Assembly (NCBI GenBank): GCA_965116925.1
Contig: OZ220744.1
Coordinates: 3,328,001 to 3,392,000, forward strand
Reading direction: 5' to 3'
Source of the DNA: Candidatus Poribacteria bacterium
GTDB lineage: Bacteria > Poribacteria > WGA-4E > PCPOR2b
Length of the DNA: 64,000 bases
Shown here: in pieces, positions 1-9,969 of the stretch
Layout of the letters: each line of letters opens with the position of its first letter
Position numbering within the stretch: the first letter of the stretch is position 1
The notes under the pieces: model-generated
What the model was told of the DNA's origin: nothing
Database searches by the model: none
What the model saw: only the letters and a program-made list of their open reading frames with translations
Position numbers and translations under genes: made by a program

Positions 1-227
1 TTAGCCTTTCTCACGTAATTGTCCGTGCAAATGACTAGCACCCAATCAAGATCCCTGACACCAGCCTCCATAAATTGTGTAAAATTGTCGCCCGGGGTGA
101 GATCCCACCGGTCAAGTACTACATCAACGCCCTTCTGAACAAGTTTTGTGCCGAGTTCTAATACCCATTGCTTGTGTTCAGGAGAATCGTGAGAATATGA
201 AATGAATACTTTAGGATGTTCCGCCAT
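1..227 (-). CDS. TIR/SEFIR-domain protein, 5' part only (runs off the window edge; absent from ORF track)
   Basis: Manual translation from ATG at 227: MAEHPKVFISYSHDSPEHKQWVLELGTKLVQKGVDVVLDRWDLTPGDNFTQFMEAGVRDLDWVLVICTDNYVRKA. VFISYSH, LDxWDL.PG and ME are typical bacterial TIR/SEFIR motifs. Start overlaps the hsdS stop. Confidence 0.85.
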   Translation of the reverse strand, partial: MAEHPKVFISYSHDSPEHKQWVLELGTKLVQKGVDVVLDRWDLTPGDNFTQFMEAGVRDLDWVLVICTDNYVRKA

Positions 228-1632
228 CTTTTACCTCTAATCTTTTATCTATATTGTCCACACGAATTTCCCCCGACAACAACTTCGGCAGCAGCGCGTC
301 CCGAATTTGGGAGAGGGTCCGGGATTGATGGATATTTTCGATAATTCTTTCGATGAATGGTCGTATGAACTCAGTATATTTTTGGGAAACCTCGACTTGG
401 GGAAGTGCGATCTCGTACCTCGACATATCTTTCCAATTGGTTCGTGGCATTCTTGTGCCCGCTGAGTAAGCATTAGTATAAGCGATGAATGCGTCGCTAG
501 AGACAAGACCTAAAACAATACCAAACCATTCTGAATCAATCGGTTGAATTACTAAAATGTCAGTTGAACAAACCCCATCAATCGGTGCAACACCGACCTT
601 GTGAAAGTAAGGTCGAAGTTTCCCAAAAAGGATTTCGCCTTTTCTGAAGCGGTACTTGTTACTGCCAAGTCCGTCGGCGGTTTGCCATTCAGAGAGCGTA
701 ATACTCCGTCTTGGCATGTGTTCCAAGCCGATGTAAAATTCATCAGAGTCAATTTCGCTAGCCTTTATACTTTGCCGAATATTTTTGGCAATCTCGCCGA
801 GTGTGCCAACTTTCCACCCCTCCGGAATCTCCCCCAACGGCGAGCCTTGGAATGCCGAGGGGAACAGGGTAGCAGTTGCGGCATCCATACCAGCGGGCAG
901 ACGTCCCTCCATCTTTGCTCGCACCGGGTCAAAGTTCACAAACCAAGACTTAAAAATCGCTTGCGCTATTGCTTCTAGCGTTTCATTCATCTGTCGGTTG
1001 AGTTCAATCTTATCATCAAGCGTGCCAAGGATGTGAGCGATGCGGCTTTGTTCATCAAGAGATGGAAGTGGAATTTTAACTTGTTTAAGTTCGCTTTGTC
1101 GAATCCCCAGTACCGTTGTACCTGTGGATCGGGCCTTCAACTGGTTTTGTACAAACGCTGATTGCATTGCAAACTTGAGGTAAGTGTTGTTTATTAGATC
1201 AGGCTTGCCTCGCAAAGTAATAAGCCGTTGTGCAAGAGCGACTTTACGACCATCAAGCTGGGCAACCTCACCCAAGGGGGCTTCCGTCGTCATAACAACA
1301 TCACCCGGTTCTGGCATTCCTCGACGCATCCATAAGTCATAATCCGCAGAAGCTATAAATTCATTTGGCGTCATTATCCGACCATCTCTGACAATCTTCG
1401 CTGTGATTAGCGGAATACCAAATAGAGTTTTACGGGGTGTCTTACCGCGATAATCAATGATTGCTTTCATGCTAGCTTCTATTGATTGAAGTTGCCAGCC
1501 AGCCGGAAAATCAAACATCATATCCTGTTTCTCGTAAATTTCTTCAGATTGTCTGCTTTCTTTAGCAGATTCCGCTTTCTGTATCACTGGGCATTTCTCC
1601 GCTATCCACCTTTTTAGATTTTTCCCCTTCAT
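211..1632 (-). CDS. hsdS: Type I restriction-modification specificity subunit
   Basis: Two TRDs separated by conserved PLPSLDEQSRIAHILGTLDDKIELNRQMNETLE; C-terminal LSQIRDALLPKLLSGE; near hsdM. Confidence 0.95.
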   Translation of the reverse strand: MKGKNLKRWIAEKCPVIQKAESAKESRQSEEIYEKQDMMFDFPAGWQLQSIEASMKAIIDYRGKTPRKTLFGIPLITAKIVRDGRIMTPNEFIASADYDLWMRRGMPEPGDVVMTTEAPLGEVAQLDGRKVALAQRLITLRGKPDLINNTYLKFAMQSAFVQNQLKARSTGTTVLGIRQSELKQVKIPLPSLDEQSRIAHILGTLDDKIELNRQMNETLEAIAQAIFKSWFVNFDPVRAKMEGRLPAGMDAATATLFPSAFQGSPLGEIPEGWKVGTLGEIAKNIRQSIKASEIDSDEFYIGLEHMPRRSITLSEWQTADGLGSNKYRFRKGEILFGKLRPYFHKVGVAPIDGVCSTDILVIQPIDSEWFGIVLGLVSSDAFIAYTNAYSAGTRMPRTNWKDMSRYEIALPQVEVSQKYTEFIRPFIERIIENIHQSRTLSQIRDALLPKLLSGEIRVDNIDKRLEVKDGGTS

Positions 1633-1868
1633 TGACGATGAAAAACCAAAGCCTCTACAATTTCGACATCGTCAGTTATTTCTGTCTCCGAACCGTGAAA
1701 ATCGCTGTGTTGGCCCTCCCAATCGTAGGTTTGGGTGTCCAGTTGGATCTTTATGACAGAAATCCGCTCTGGCAACACATCATCGAAGCCATCCTCATAG
1801 CCATTGACAACGACCCGCAAATCATTCGGATATTTTCTGAGGAGTTCCACTAATTCTTTCACTGTCAT
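1629..1868 (-). CDS. Small hypothetical protein (79 aa) within the type I RM operon
   Basis: AAGGAG RBS, ATG start, 4-bp overlap with hsdS start; a degenerate second copy of its 5' end lies at about 3765-3838. Confidence 0.7.
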   Translation of the reverse strand: MTVKELVELLRKYPNDLRVVVNGYEDGFDDVLPERISVIKIQLDTQTYDWEGQHSDFHGSETEITDDVEIVEALVFHRQ

Positions 1869-1948
1869 TTGTTATCTCCTTTGGTATAATGCCGAGACTC
1901 CACCAATGCCGCGGCACATTTAATGTCTGATAGCGTCGTCGCTGAAAT

Positions 1949-3622
1949 TCATGAATTATCTCCACTCCCAACTATTTCCAAATTCTCACTAATCGCGGCA
2001 TCCAACCACCGAGCTTCCGCCATCTGCTCGGTCAGTTTCTCCGTCAAGCGTGCCATCGTCTCCTCAAACGGTTCGCTGTCCTCCTCTTGAGCGGCTGCCC
2101 CAACGTAGCGACCCGGGGTCAAGACATGGCTATGCTTGCGTACCTCCTCTACGGTTGTGCTTTTGCAAAAACCGGGGGTATCGACATATTCACCCGCGCC
2201 CTCATCGCCTCGCCATGCCTGATAGGTATCAGCGATGCGCGTTATATCCTCACATGTTAATTCCCGGTGAACGCGATCCTTCATCACACCGAGTGAGCGA
2301 GCATCTATAAAAAGTATCTCGCCACGACGGTCACGGAGTCGCAGATGATTCCTTGTAGGGGCAACCCTTGTGGTTGCCCTACTCACCGGTGTTGCCCTCA
2401 TACCGGATCCGTGGCGGTTACGGGCAATAAACCAGAGGCAAACAGGGATTTGTGTGGAATAGAAAAGCTGCCCCGGCAACGCCACCATACAGTCCACCAA
2501 ATCAGCTTCAATGATGCTCTTGCGAATTTCACCTTCGGTAGCTGTGTTGGAGCTCATCGAACCGTTTGCCAACACAAATCCAGCCGTGCCGTTTGGCGCG
2601 AGATGATAGATAAAGTGCTGTACCCAAGCAAAATTGGCGTTTCCCACAGGCGGTACACCGTAATCCCAACGTCTATCTTGACGCAACCGGTCGCCACCCC
2701 AGTCGCTGTCATTAAAGGGCGGATTGGCAAGGATATAGTCCGCTTTCAGATCTGGATGCAGGTCGCGGTGGAAACTGTCGGCGTGCTCCTGTCCAAGATT
2801 GCCTTCAATGCCACGAATCGCGAGGTTCATCAGTGCCAACTGTCGTGTGGTTGGATTCGACTCCTGCCCATAGATGACGATATCGTCGCGCTGTCCACCG
2901 TGCGCTTCAACAAAGGTCTCACTCTGAACAAACATACCGCCAGAACCGCAGCACGGATCATAGACCCGTCCACTGTATGGCGCGAGCATCTCAACGAGGG
3001 TCCGCACTACACAGCGGGGGGTGTAGAATTGTCCGCCCCTTTTGCCCTCCTCGCTCGCGAATTCTGAGAGGAAGTATTCGTAGACCCTGCCCAATATATC
3101 TTTTGATCGATTTTCCTGCTCTCCCAGCCCGATTGTGCCAATCAAGTCAATCAGTTCGCCGAGTCGCTGCTTGTCAAGCCCCGGACGCGCATAGATTTTA
3201 GGAAGCACCCCTTTCAGAGGCGGGTTTTCCCGTTCAATCTCAATCATCGCATTATCAACCAACGTCCCAATTTCCGGACGCTTAGCGTTCGCTTGCAGAT
3301 AAGTCCAACGGGCTTTCTCCGGAACGTAGGGGATGTTTTCTGCTATATATTCATCGCGATCCTCAGCAATCTGATAGCGATCAGCTTCCTCTTTAATGTA
3401 GTATTCACTCTGAGGATTCGCAGATTCTTTAAGCAGCCAATCGCGTCGTTCCTCGAAAGCGTCCGAGATATACTTGAGGAAGATCAACCCTAACACCACA
3501 TGTTTATATTCGGCGGCATCAAGGTTATTACGGAGTTTGTCCGCTGCTTGATATAGCTTTGCTTCAAAGCCAAGCGTCGCACCGTTTTCATTCGATTTTG
3601 TATCTCGTTTCTTTTTTGCCAT
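1949..3622 (-). CDS. hsdM: Type I RM DNA methyltransferase subunit M
   Basis: [15 protein letters not shown] (SAM binding), [12 protein letters not shown]. Likely start MAKKKRD at 3622, because the ORF extension to 3697 is REP sequence. Confidence 0.96.
   Translation of the reverse strand: MAKKKRDTKSNENGATLGFEAKLYQAADKLRNNLDAAEYKHVVLGLIFLKYISDAFEERRDWLLKESANPQSEYYIKEEADRYQIAEDRDEYIAENIPYVPEKARWTYLQANAKRPEIGTLVDNAMIEIERENPPLKGVLPKIYARPGLDKQRLGELIDLIGTIGLGEQENRSKDILGRVYEYFLSEFASEEGKRGGQFYTPRCVVRTLVEMLAPYSGRVYDPCCGSGGMFVQSETFVEAHGGQRDDIVIYGQESNPTTRQLALMNLAIRGIEGNLGQEHADSFHRDLHPDLKADYILANPPFNDSDWGGDRLRQDRRWDYGVPPVGNANFAWVQHFIYHLAPNGTAGFVLANGSMSSNTATEGEIRKSIIEADLVDCMVALPGQLFYSTQIPVCLWFIARNRHGSGMRATPVSRATTRVAPTRNHLRLRDRRGEILFIDARSLGVMKDRVHRELTCEDITRIADTYQAWRGDEGAGEYVDTPGFCKSTTVEEVRKHSHVLTPGRYVGAAAQEEDSEPFEETMARLTEKLTEQMAEARWLDAAISENLEIVGSGDNS
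2355..2380. repeat. REP-like GTAG hairpin inside the hsdM coding sequence
   Basis: gtaggggcaacccttgtggttgccct, nearly identical to intergenic copies at about 3640-3664, 5704-5728 and 19776-19801. Confidence 0.85.
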
Positions 3623-3755
3623 GTCATTGATTGTTTTCTGTAGGGGCAACCCTCGTGGTTGCCCAATTCTATCCATCGGTGTGTAGGGCAGGTACAAGAC
3701 CTGCCCCTACGTTTTAATCGTTACAATTTTCGTTTGTTGATCCAAGATTTTATAT
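3610..3755. repeat. Direct repeat copy A (hsdM 5' end, paired REP, upstream region); copy B at about 5670-5805
   Basis: Both copies contain atgtcattg.ttg.tttctgtaggggcaaccctcgtggttgccc ... gggcaggtacaagacctgcccctacgttttaatc ... ttacaattttcgtttgtt ... tccaagattttata. Confidence 0.9.
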
Positions 3756-3835
3756 CGCTCAATCCTCATACCCATTGACAACGCCTCGCAAATCGTCTAG
3801 ATATTTTCCAAGGAGTTCCGCTAATCCTTTCACCG

Positions 3836-5590
3836 TTATTTTCCCTCTCCTTTGAGATAAGGACGATACTCCATCAGTGCCGCCCTGCCGACAATTTCGA
3901 CGATACGCACCATCAATTCTTTTCCATCGGCATCGGTGAGATGCAAATCCTCTCCGGGAATGAAATGAACAGGTTGCTGTTTGCCCTCGTTGATAGCGAT
4001 GTTAGAAGCATAGAGGTAGGCCCGGTCATGAGCATCACGTTTGGGATTCAAACGCCCCGACAAGCCCGGAAGAGAGCCAGTCGCCTCCGGAAAGATTACC
4101 GCCCCACCGTTAGGCAGGCTTTGCATTTCAATTGCAAGTTCCCCGTGCGCTGGCACCCAGTCATGCTCAAAGTGTGCAGTATAGCCTGCCACAGCTGCAA
4201 ATACCGTCATAGGAAAGCGCGTAGAATGCAAATTGACTAGTGCCCCCCCATTTTCATCGGTGGTTGTTTGTTTCCATGTCTTATCAGGGAACAGTACCAA
4301 CAATTCGACTCCCGGCACAGGGACGCCGTGATGGCGACACGTAATGACAGCAGATGCCGGTGTCGCATCCGTGGGAGCGGCAGGAATTGTGAGAACTAGG
4401 TCTGAATCATCAATCAGCCGATACACCGGGATTTTTCCACTCAAGGCTTCCGTTTCACGAAGGATGATTGGCACACCGTCCCCACGGCGCTCCATGAAAA
4501 ATTGCCGATCTCCCGAACCCCGAATCTCCCCAACCGGTATCCGTCCAAAGATTGAGGCAAGTGCTTCGTTTCGAGTGGATTGGCGGACCTCCATGCTGTC
4601 GATCGTTAGGTTATTTGGCAGCCCACCGGGTGAGTTTATTTCAAGGCGATCTGCAAACATTGAGAGTCGAATTCGGCTCCCACGAATCGAGTAGTCACGG
4701 TGAACTACGGCGTTGACGATTGCTTCAAACAAGGCGGCTTCACTATATTGGGGCAAGTCGGTCCGAGCCGGATTCTTGTAAGCACCAACCCGCATGTTGC
4801 GTACAGCAAAGGCAACCGCTTCAGTAATTTGTCGGTTCAACGGTCCAGTAATTGTTTGGGCATCTATCTGCCCGGAGGCACGATCGCTGCCTCGATAATA
4901 GGTCGCGACGATGCAAGCGTTGGGCAACCATTCTTCAGGCGACTGACTGCACAACAGAACGCCTGCTACCGTAGCCCGCGTTGTCCCATTTTCGTCACTC
5001 GTCAGTAGCCCCATCCTTTCCAGCGCAGATTCAGGATCCGCAGCACCTACGGTACTCAACAAAGGCTTCCAAAGCGATTCATCTAGGGATCCAAATCCAG
5101 TTCCCTCTACCGGCTGTTTGTCAAACCAGAGGAATCGTGCCTGTCCGCGCTGCTGTGCCAGACGCAGCCGCTCATCGCTCGTCATCCGACGTTTTGAGCT
5201 GCCGACCCGGTGGTAGCTGCCACCGGGGCTATCGTGCTGGGTGTGCCCCTGCGGCACCTCAACTAGCAAGAATGGCACTCCTTTCTCTGTTTCTCTCCGA
5301 AGGACGACAGGACGGATTGGAGGGGTAATCATGTCGGTGCACACTTCCACCAGGAGCCGTTCCAGTTCATCCATCTGCTCGCGCGACATACCTTGAACAT
5401 CGCCGCTGTCAGTCACACCACACAGCACCACACCGCCGTCCGCATTGGCGAATGCAGCGAGTTCATCCGCTAAATCACCGCGACGGGGACTCCTAGGAAC
5501 ATCCCCCACGAACTCAATCTCCTTGAATTCCCAGTGGCTATCTTCACCGAGGCGCATTTGGCGTCTGATATCTTCGTCGCTGAAATTCAT
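3836..5590 (-). CDS. Schlafen/AlbA_2-domain protein with HATPase_c_4-type middle domain
   Basis: N-terminal GEDSHWEFK...LAAFANADGG...GVTD; EAIVNAVVHRDYS...DRLEINSPGGL...RNEALA...MERRGDG. Confidence 0.85.
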   Translation of the reverse strand: MNFSDEDIRRQMRLGEDSHWEFKEIEFVGDVPRSPRRGDLADELAAFANADGGVVLCGVTDSGDVQGMSREQMDELERLLVEVCTDMITPPIRPVVLRRETEKGVPFLLVEVPQGHTQHDSPGGSYHRVGSSKRRMTSDERLRLAQQRGQARFLWFDKQPVEGTGFGSLDESLWKPLLSTVGAADPESALERMGLLTSDENGTTRATVAGVLLCSQSPEEWLPNACIVATYYRGSDRASGQIDAQTITGPLNRQITEAVAFAVRNMRVGAYKNPARTDLPQYSEAALFEAIVNAVVHRDYSIRGSRIRLSMFADRLEINSPGGLPNNLTIDSMEVRQSTRNEALASIFGRIPVGEIRGSGDRQFFMERRGDGVPIILRETEALSGKIPVYRLIDDSDLVLTIPAAPTDATPASAVITCRHHGVPVPGVELLVLFPDKTWKQTTTDENGGALVNLHSTRFPMTVFAAVAGYTAHFEHDWVPAHGELAIEMQSLPNGGAVIFPEATGSLPGLSGRLNPKRDAHDRAYLYASNIAINEGKQQPVHFIPGEDLHLTDADGKELMVRIVEIVGRAALMEYRPYLKGEGK

Positions 5591-5864
5591 GAATTATCTC
5601 CAATTTACCATTTCGCCTGCTGCTTAACCTTTACAATTTTCGTTTGTTATCTCCAAGATTTTATAGTCCCGTCTCTCTTTTGCAATGTCATTGGTTGCTT
5701 TCTGTAGGGGCAACCCTCGTGGTTGCCCGTTTTGGGCAGGTACAAGACCTGCCCCTACGTTTTAATCTTACAATTTTCGTTTGTTATATCCAAGATTTTA
5801 TAGTAACATAGGGGAAAAGATTTTAAGAATGCAGCCTTAAATCGTTCAGGTTCTAGGTGCAATG

Positions 5865-6494
5865 TTAAGAGGCAGGAGACAATACCCCCTTAAACTTTGG
5901 CAGCCACCGTGTAAACAACGCGACCGCGTCGGCATCTTGGCGATCCGGCGAAAGCATATGGGTGCCTTTACCCTCGTAAGATAGCGTGTAGACACCGCAG
6001 GCTTTGGGCCCGATGGCGATAACCCCAACCGCTCTACCGATGTCGAACCGTCCCCGAGGACCAACCGCGTACCCGTGGCGGGTGCCTGCCCCGATAGCGA
6101 TGATCCCAAACGAATTGCCGCCAAACGCAACAACACCGACAGAAAACGCACCGACCGCGACGATACCGACAGAGCATGCACCCATAGCAATCACACCGAC
6201 GGAACATGCACCGATAGAAACGACACCGAGGGTCAACGCACCAACAGCAATAAAGCCGATACCGATTGCATCGACTACTTTGTCATTCATCCAAGACCAA
6301 TATTCAAAAGTGACTATCGCACGGAGAAACGACGGAAGGGCTATGTCTAAATGTTTGTTGAGAATTCCGATTGTGTAGAGACCAAAAGCGAGCAGATAAA
6401 CGAGCAGCATAAAAATAGTAGCAGCTTTCCACCATTTTGAAAAATAGGCATCAAAGGTTTCCTGGAACTGTTCAAAGCTGGACGTTTCTGACAT
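5865..6494 (-). CDS. Membrane protein with about 10-residue Gly-rich repeats
   Basis: AAGGAGGT RBS; N-terminal hydrophobic helix; repeats such as GACSVGVIAM, GACSVGIVAV, GAFSVGVVAF. Confidence 0.7.
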   Translation of the reverse strand: MSETSSFEQFQETFDAYFSKWWKAATIFMLLVYLLAFGLYTIGILNKHLDIALPSFLRAIVTFEYWSWMNDKVVDAIGIGFIAVGALTLGVVSIGACSVGVIAMGACSVGIVAVGAFSVGVVAFGGNSFGIIAIGAGTRHGYAVGPRGRFDIGRAVGVIAIGPKACGVYTLSYEGKGTHMLSPDRQDADAVALFTRWLPKFKGVLSPAS

Positions 6495-6694
6495 CTGTTC
6501 ATACCTCCTTTGAAAAGTAGAGGCAACCCCCGATAGATCGGGATTAAGAAACTTGTGGTTGCCCTCTCTATCAACTTAATTTTATGCTACATTCTCAGAA
6601 ATTGTCAACCAAAAGCGGATAGATGAAACGTAAAAACGATTTGTTCATTGCTGCACTTAATGAACTAATGAACCAATAAGAAAGGGAAAATTTT

Positions 6695-7726
6695 ATGAGC
6701 CAAACATTTCGCGTGGGGCTCACCCGCGACATCCTAGCACCAGATGGAACAATCGGGTTCGGCGACATCGGTTTGAGCCTGTTAGACGAAGCAGCAGGGG
6801 TGGAGTGGGAGGTCTTGGCGGAAAACAGATCGCCGTTGCGCCGCGATCAGGTGCAAGACTATGATGCCCTGCTGGTACTGGGACCATCAATAACTACCGA
6901 GACCTTGCAAGGCGTTGACCGTCTGACTATTCTGGCACGGTTCGGCGTTGGGTATGATACAGTCGATGTGGACGCTTGTACCCAAAACGGCGTTCTGCTG
7001 ACCATCACACCCGACGGTGTGCGTCGACCTGTCGCAGCGGCCGTCATCACCTTCATCTTAGCACTCAGCCAGAAGTTGCTGATCAAAGACCGCCTCACCC
7101 GCGACGGACGTTGGGGCGAGAAATTGGACTATATGGGAATGGGCATCACCGGACGGACGCTCGGCTTGGTCGGACTGGGCAATATCGGGCACGAGGTGTT
7201 CAAACTTGCCCAACCGTTTGGGATGCGTCATCTGGCACACGATCCCTACGCAACATCGGAACAGGCGCAGGCTGCGGGGGTAAAGTTAGTTGATCTGGAA
7301 ACCCTGCTCCGCACGTCAGACTTCGTTTCCATCTGTTGCGCCCTGACCCCAGAGACACACCACTTGATTAACGCGGAACGACTCGCGCTGATGAAAGAGA
7401 CCGCTTATCTCATCAACGCCGCCCGCGGTCCCATCGTCGATCAGGCTGCGCTCACCGACGCATTGCGTGAACGACGCATTCAGGGGGCAGCACTCGATGT
7501 ATTTGAACAGGAGCCGGTAGATCCCAACGACCCGATCCTAACGCTGGATAACGTCATCGTCACGCCGCACGGCATCTGCTGGACGGACGAATGTTTCCTC
7601 GGCAATGGACGAAGCGCGTGCGAAAGCATCTTAGCTGTCGCAGCAGGACGGATTCCAGATAACATAGTCAACCGCGACGCGCTGGACAACCCACGCTTCC
7701 AAGAAAAATTGCGCCGATACGGGTAA
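6695..7726 (+). CDS. D-isomer-specific 2-hydroxyacid dehydrogenase
   Basis: GVGYD, GLGNIG Rossmann motif, INAARG, LDVFEQEP, TPH. Confidence 0.93.
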   Translation: MSQTFRVGLTRDILAPDGTIGFGDIGLSLLDEAAGVEWEVLAENRSPLRRDQVQDYDALLVLGPSITTETLQGVDRLTILARFGVGYDTVDVDACTQNGVLLTITPDGVRRPVAAAVITFILALSQKLLIKDRLTRDGRWGEKLDYMGMGITGRTLGLVGLGNIGHEVFKLAQPFGMRHLAHDPYATSEQAQAAGVKLVDLETLLRTSDFVSICCALTPETHHLINAERLALMKETAYLINAARGPIVDQAALTDALRERRIQGAALDVFEQEPVDPNDPILTLDNVIVTPHGICWTDECFLGNGRSACESILAVAAGRIPDNIVNRDALDNPRFQEKLRRYG

Positions 7727-7742
7727 TAAGTCAAAAGTTCCT

Positions 7743-7820
7743 GTAGGTCGAGATTCGCATCTCGACAACCCACTGCCACGCAGTCAAACGACCCCGTAGG
7801 TCGAGATTCACATCTCGACA
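7743..7820. repeat. Two GTAG-REP hairpins (gtaggtcgagattc.catctcgaca)
   Basis: Copies at 7743 and 7796; further copies near 46417 and 59427. Confidence 0.85.
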
Positions 7821-7853
7821 AAACAGTGTGTCAATCGAAAGGGAATTGTCAAT

Positions 7854-9818
7854 ATGAACCCACTGCCACTCAGGGTGTTGTATTACGGAAAAGACGAACC
7901 GCTGCCGGAACAAACACAGCTCCGTGCAGGTCCCTTATCCACGGTCTTTGAATCGGGCGACCTGCGCTACATTCGGTTCGATGACCATGAGATTCTCCGC
8001 CGGGTGTATGTCGCCGTCCGTGATCACAATTGGGACACGATACTCCCGCAACTCTCAAACGTTCAGATCGAGGGTGAGGGCGACGCATTCCGCATCACCT
8101 ACGATGTGGAGAACAAGCACAGAGAGGTCGATTTCTTCTGGCGGGGCACAATCACAGGGGACGCGAACGGGACCATCACCTTCTCGATGGACGGGGAAGC
8201 ACGGTCAACCTTCAGGCGTAACCGTATCGGCTTCTGTGTGTTGCACCCGATGAGTTGTGCCGGTGTCCCTTGCCGTATTGAGAAGGTAAATGGGACAGTC
8301 GAAGAGAGTGCCTATCCAATCTCCATTGCCCCTCAACATCTGATTGATGGCGAGATTAAGCCGGTCGCACCGTTCAACAATATGCGAGCGGTCAGCTACG
8401 AAGTCACCGCTGGAGTAGAGACGGAGGTGCGATTTGAGGGCGAAACCTTCGAGATGGAGGACCAGCGCAACTGGACTGACGCCTCCTACAAGACCTACGG
8501 CACACCGTTGAGCCAACCCTTTCCGGTGGAAGTTCCTGCGGGTACGAAAATCTCCCAGCGGATTACTTTAACCCTCAATACGAACAGCGGACTAAGCACC
8601 GAGGCACCAGATGCAGCGGCTCAACCGCTCACCTTGGAAATCTCATCTACCGATCTTCGACCACTTCCCCGTATAGGATTAGGCGTTGCCTCCCACGGCG
8701 AGCCACTCAACACAGAGGAGTTGGAACGCCTCAAGCGGCTCAATCTTTCGCATCTGCGCGTGGATATTGACCTGACGCAACCCGATTATGAATCCACCCT
8801 ACGCCGAGCGACCGACGAAGCACGGACGTTGGAGGTATCGCTGGAGCTTGCTCTATTCCTCACCGATGCAGCAGCGGAAGAATTACAGGCATTCGCCACA
8901 GTGGCAGATCGACTGAAACCACCGATTGAAACCTACCTTATCTTCCACAAAACGGAGGCTTCCACATCCGAGCAATGGGTTGACCTCGCACGACGTTATC
9001 TCACCGGTGCAAAAATCGGTGCTGGCACCAATGCGTATTTTACCGACCTGAATCGCAGCCGTCCCTCTGTGGACGCACTAGACCTCGTGTGCTATTCGAT
9101 CAATCCACAGGTGCACGCCTTTGACAATTCTTCACTGAAAGAGACACTCGAAGCACAAGCGGTGACCGTTGAAAGCACCCGGCAATTCACGGACGGATTG
9201 CCTATCGCAGTTACACCCGTTACGCTCTTGGCTCGTTTCAATCCCAACGCCACCGGACCTGAGCCTGCGCCCGCGCAGGGCGAGCTGCCCGCGCAAGTTG
9301 ACATACGACAGATGTCGCTATTTGGGGCGGGCTGGACGCTCGGCAGCATCAAGTATCTTTCCGAAAGCAGCGCATCGAGTGTAACCTACTACGAAACGAG
9401 TGGGTGGCGCGGTGTGATGGAAACCGCGAACGGTTCGCCGCTCCCAGAGAAATTCCGTTCTCTCCCCGGCGGGGTCTTTCCGCTCTATCACATTCTCGCT
9501 GATGTGGGCGAATTTGCCGGGGGCGAGGTCTTGCCCTCAAAATCGAGTGATCCGTTGAAGGCGGAGGGGATTGTCCTTCGCAAGAACGGCAAAATACGGA
9601 CACTACTTGCGAATTTAACCCCCAGCTCGCAACAGGTCAAGGTACAGGATCTGGCGGAAACTGTCCGGGTTCGCCATTTAGACGAAACCAACGCACACGA
9701 CGCAATGGCATTGTCCGAAGCCTTCCATCAGGAAAGGGGCGAACTTGTGCAGACCACTAATAGCACACTTGAACTCAACATGCTCCCCTACGCCATCGCT
9801 CAGATTGATAGCGACTAA
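7854..9818 (+). CDS. D-apionate lactonase-like protein (ApnL family)
   Basis: LRAGPLS...GDLRYIRF..EILRR..AVRD.NWDT and FEMEDQRNWTDASYKTY motifs match my recollection of the ApnL family. Confidence 0.7.
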   Translation: MNPLPLRVLYYGKDEPLPEQTQLRAGPLSTVFESGDLRYIRFDDHEILRRVYVAVRDHNWDTILPQLSNVQIEGEGDAFRITYDVENKHREVDFFWRGTITGDANGTITFSMDGEARSTFRRNRIGFCVLHPMSCAGVPCRIEKVNGTVEESAYPISIAPQHLIDGEIKPVAPFNNMRAVSYEVTAGVETEVRFEGETFEMEDQRNWTDASYKTYGTPLSQPFPVEVPAGTKISQRITLTLNTNSGLSTEAPDAAAQPLTLEISSTDLRPLPRIGLGVASHGEPLNTEELERLKRLNLSHLRVDIDLTQPDYESTLRRATDEARTLEVSLELALFLTDAAAEELQAFATVADRLKPPIETYLIFHKTEASTSEQWVDLARRYLTGAKIGAGTNAYFTDLNRSRPSVDALDLVCYSINPQVHAFDNSSLKETLEAQAVTVESTRQFTDGLPIAVTPVTLLARFNPNATGPEPAPAQGELPAQVDIRQMSLFGAGWTLGSIKYLSESSASSVTYYETSGWRGVMETANGSPLPEKFRSLPGGVFPLYHILADVGEFAGGEVLPSKSSDPLKAEGIVLRKNGKIRTLLANLTPSSQQVKVQDLAETVRVRHLDETNAHDAMALSEAFHQERGELVQTTNSTLELNMLPYAIAQIDSD

Positions 9819-9969
9819 CTGATTCATGAAACCAATTCTCACTCATGTTAAGAAATCGTGCAGAAAGCCGATTGAGCTCATTAATGAACCAATGAACTAG
9901 TGAACTAATGAACCAATATACATTTTGTACCTTCCTGTGATATGAACCTCAATACTTATGGAGAAAGCC

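Noticed and set aside
2345..3067. 240-aa antisense ORF over hsdM and similar shadow ORFs (for example 13279-13809, 52784-53407)
   Set aside because: Fully antisense to well-supported genes and lacking motifs.
3623..3697. N-terminal extension of HsdM in the ORF track
   Set aside because: It is the translated paired REP element, also present non-coding at about 5700-5760.
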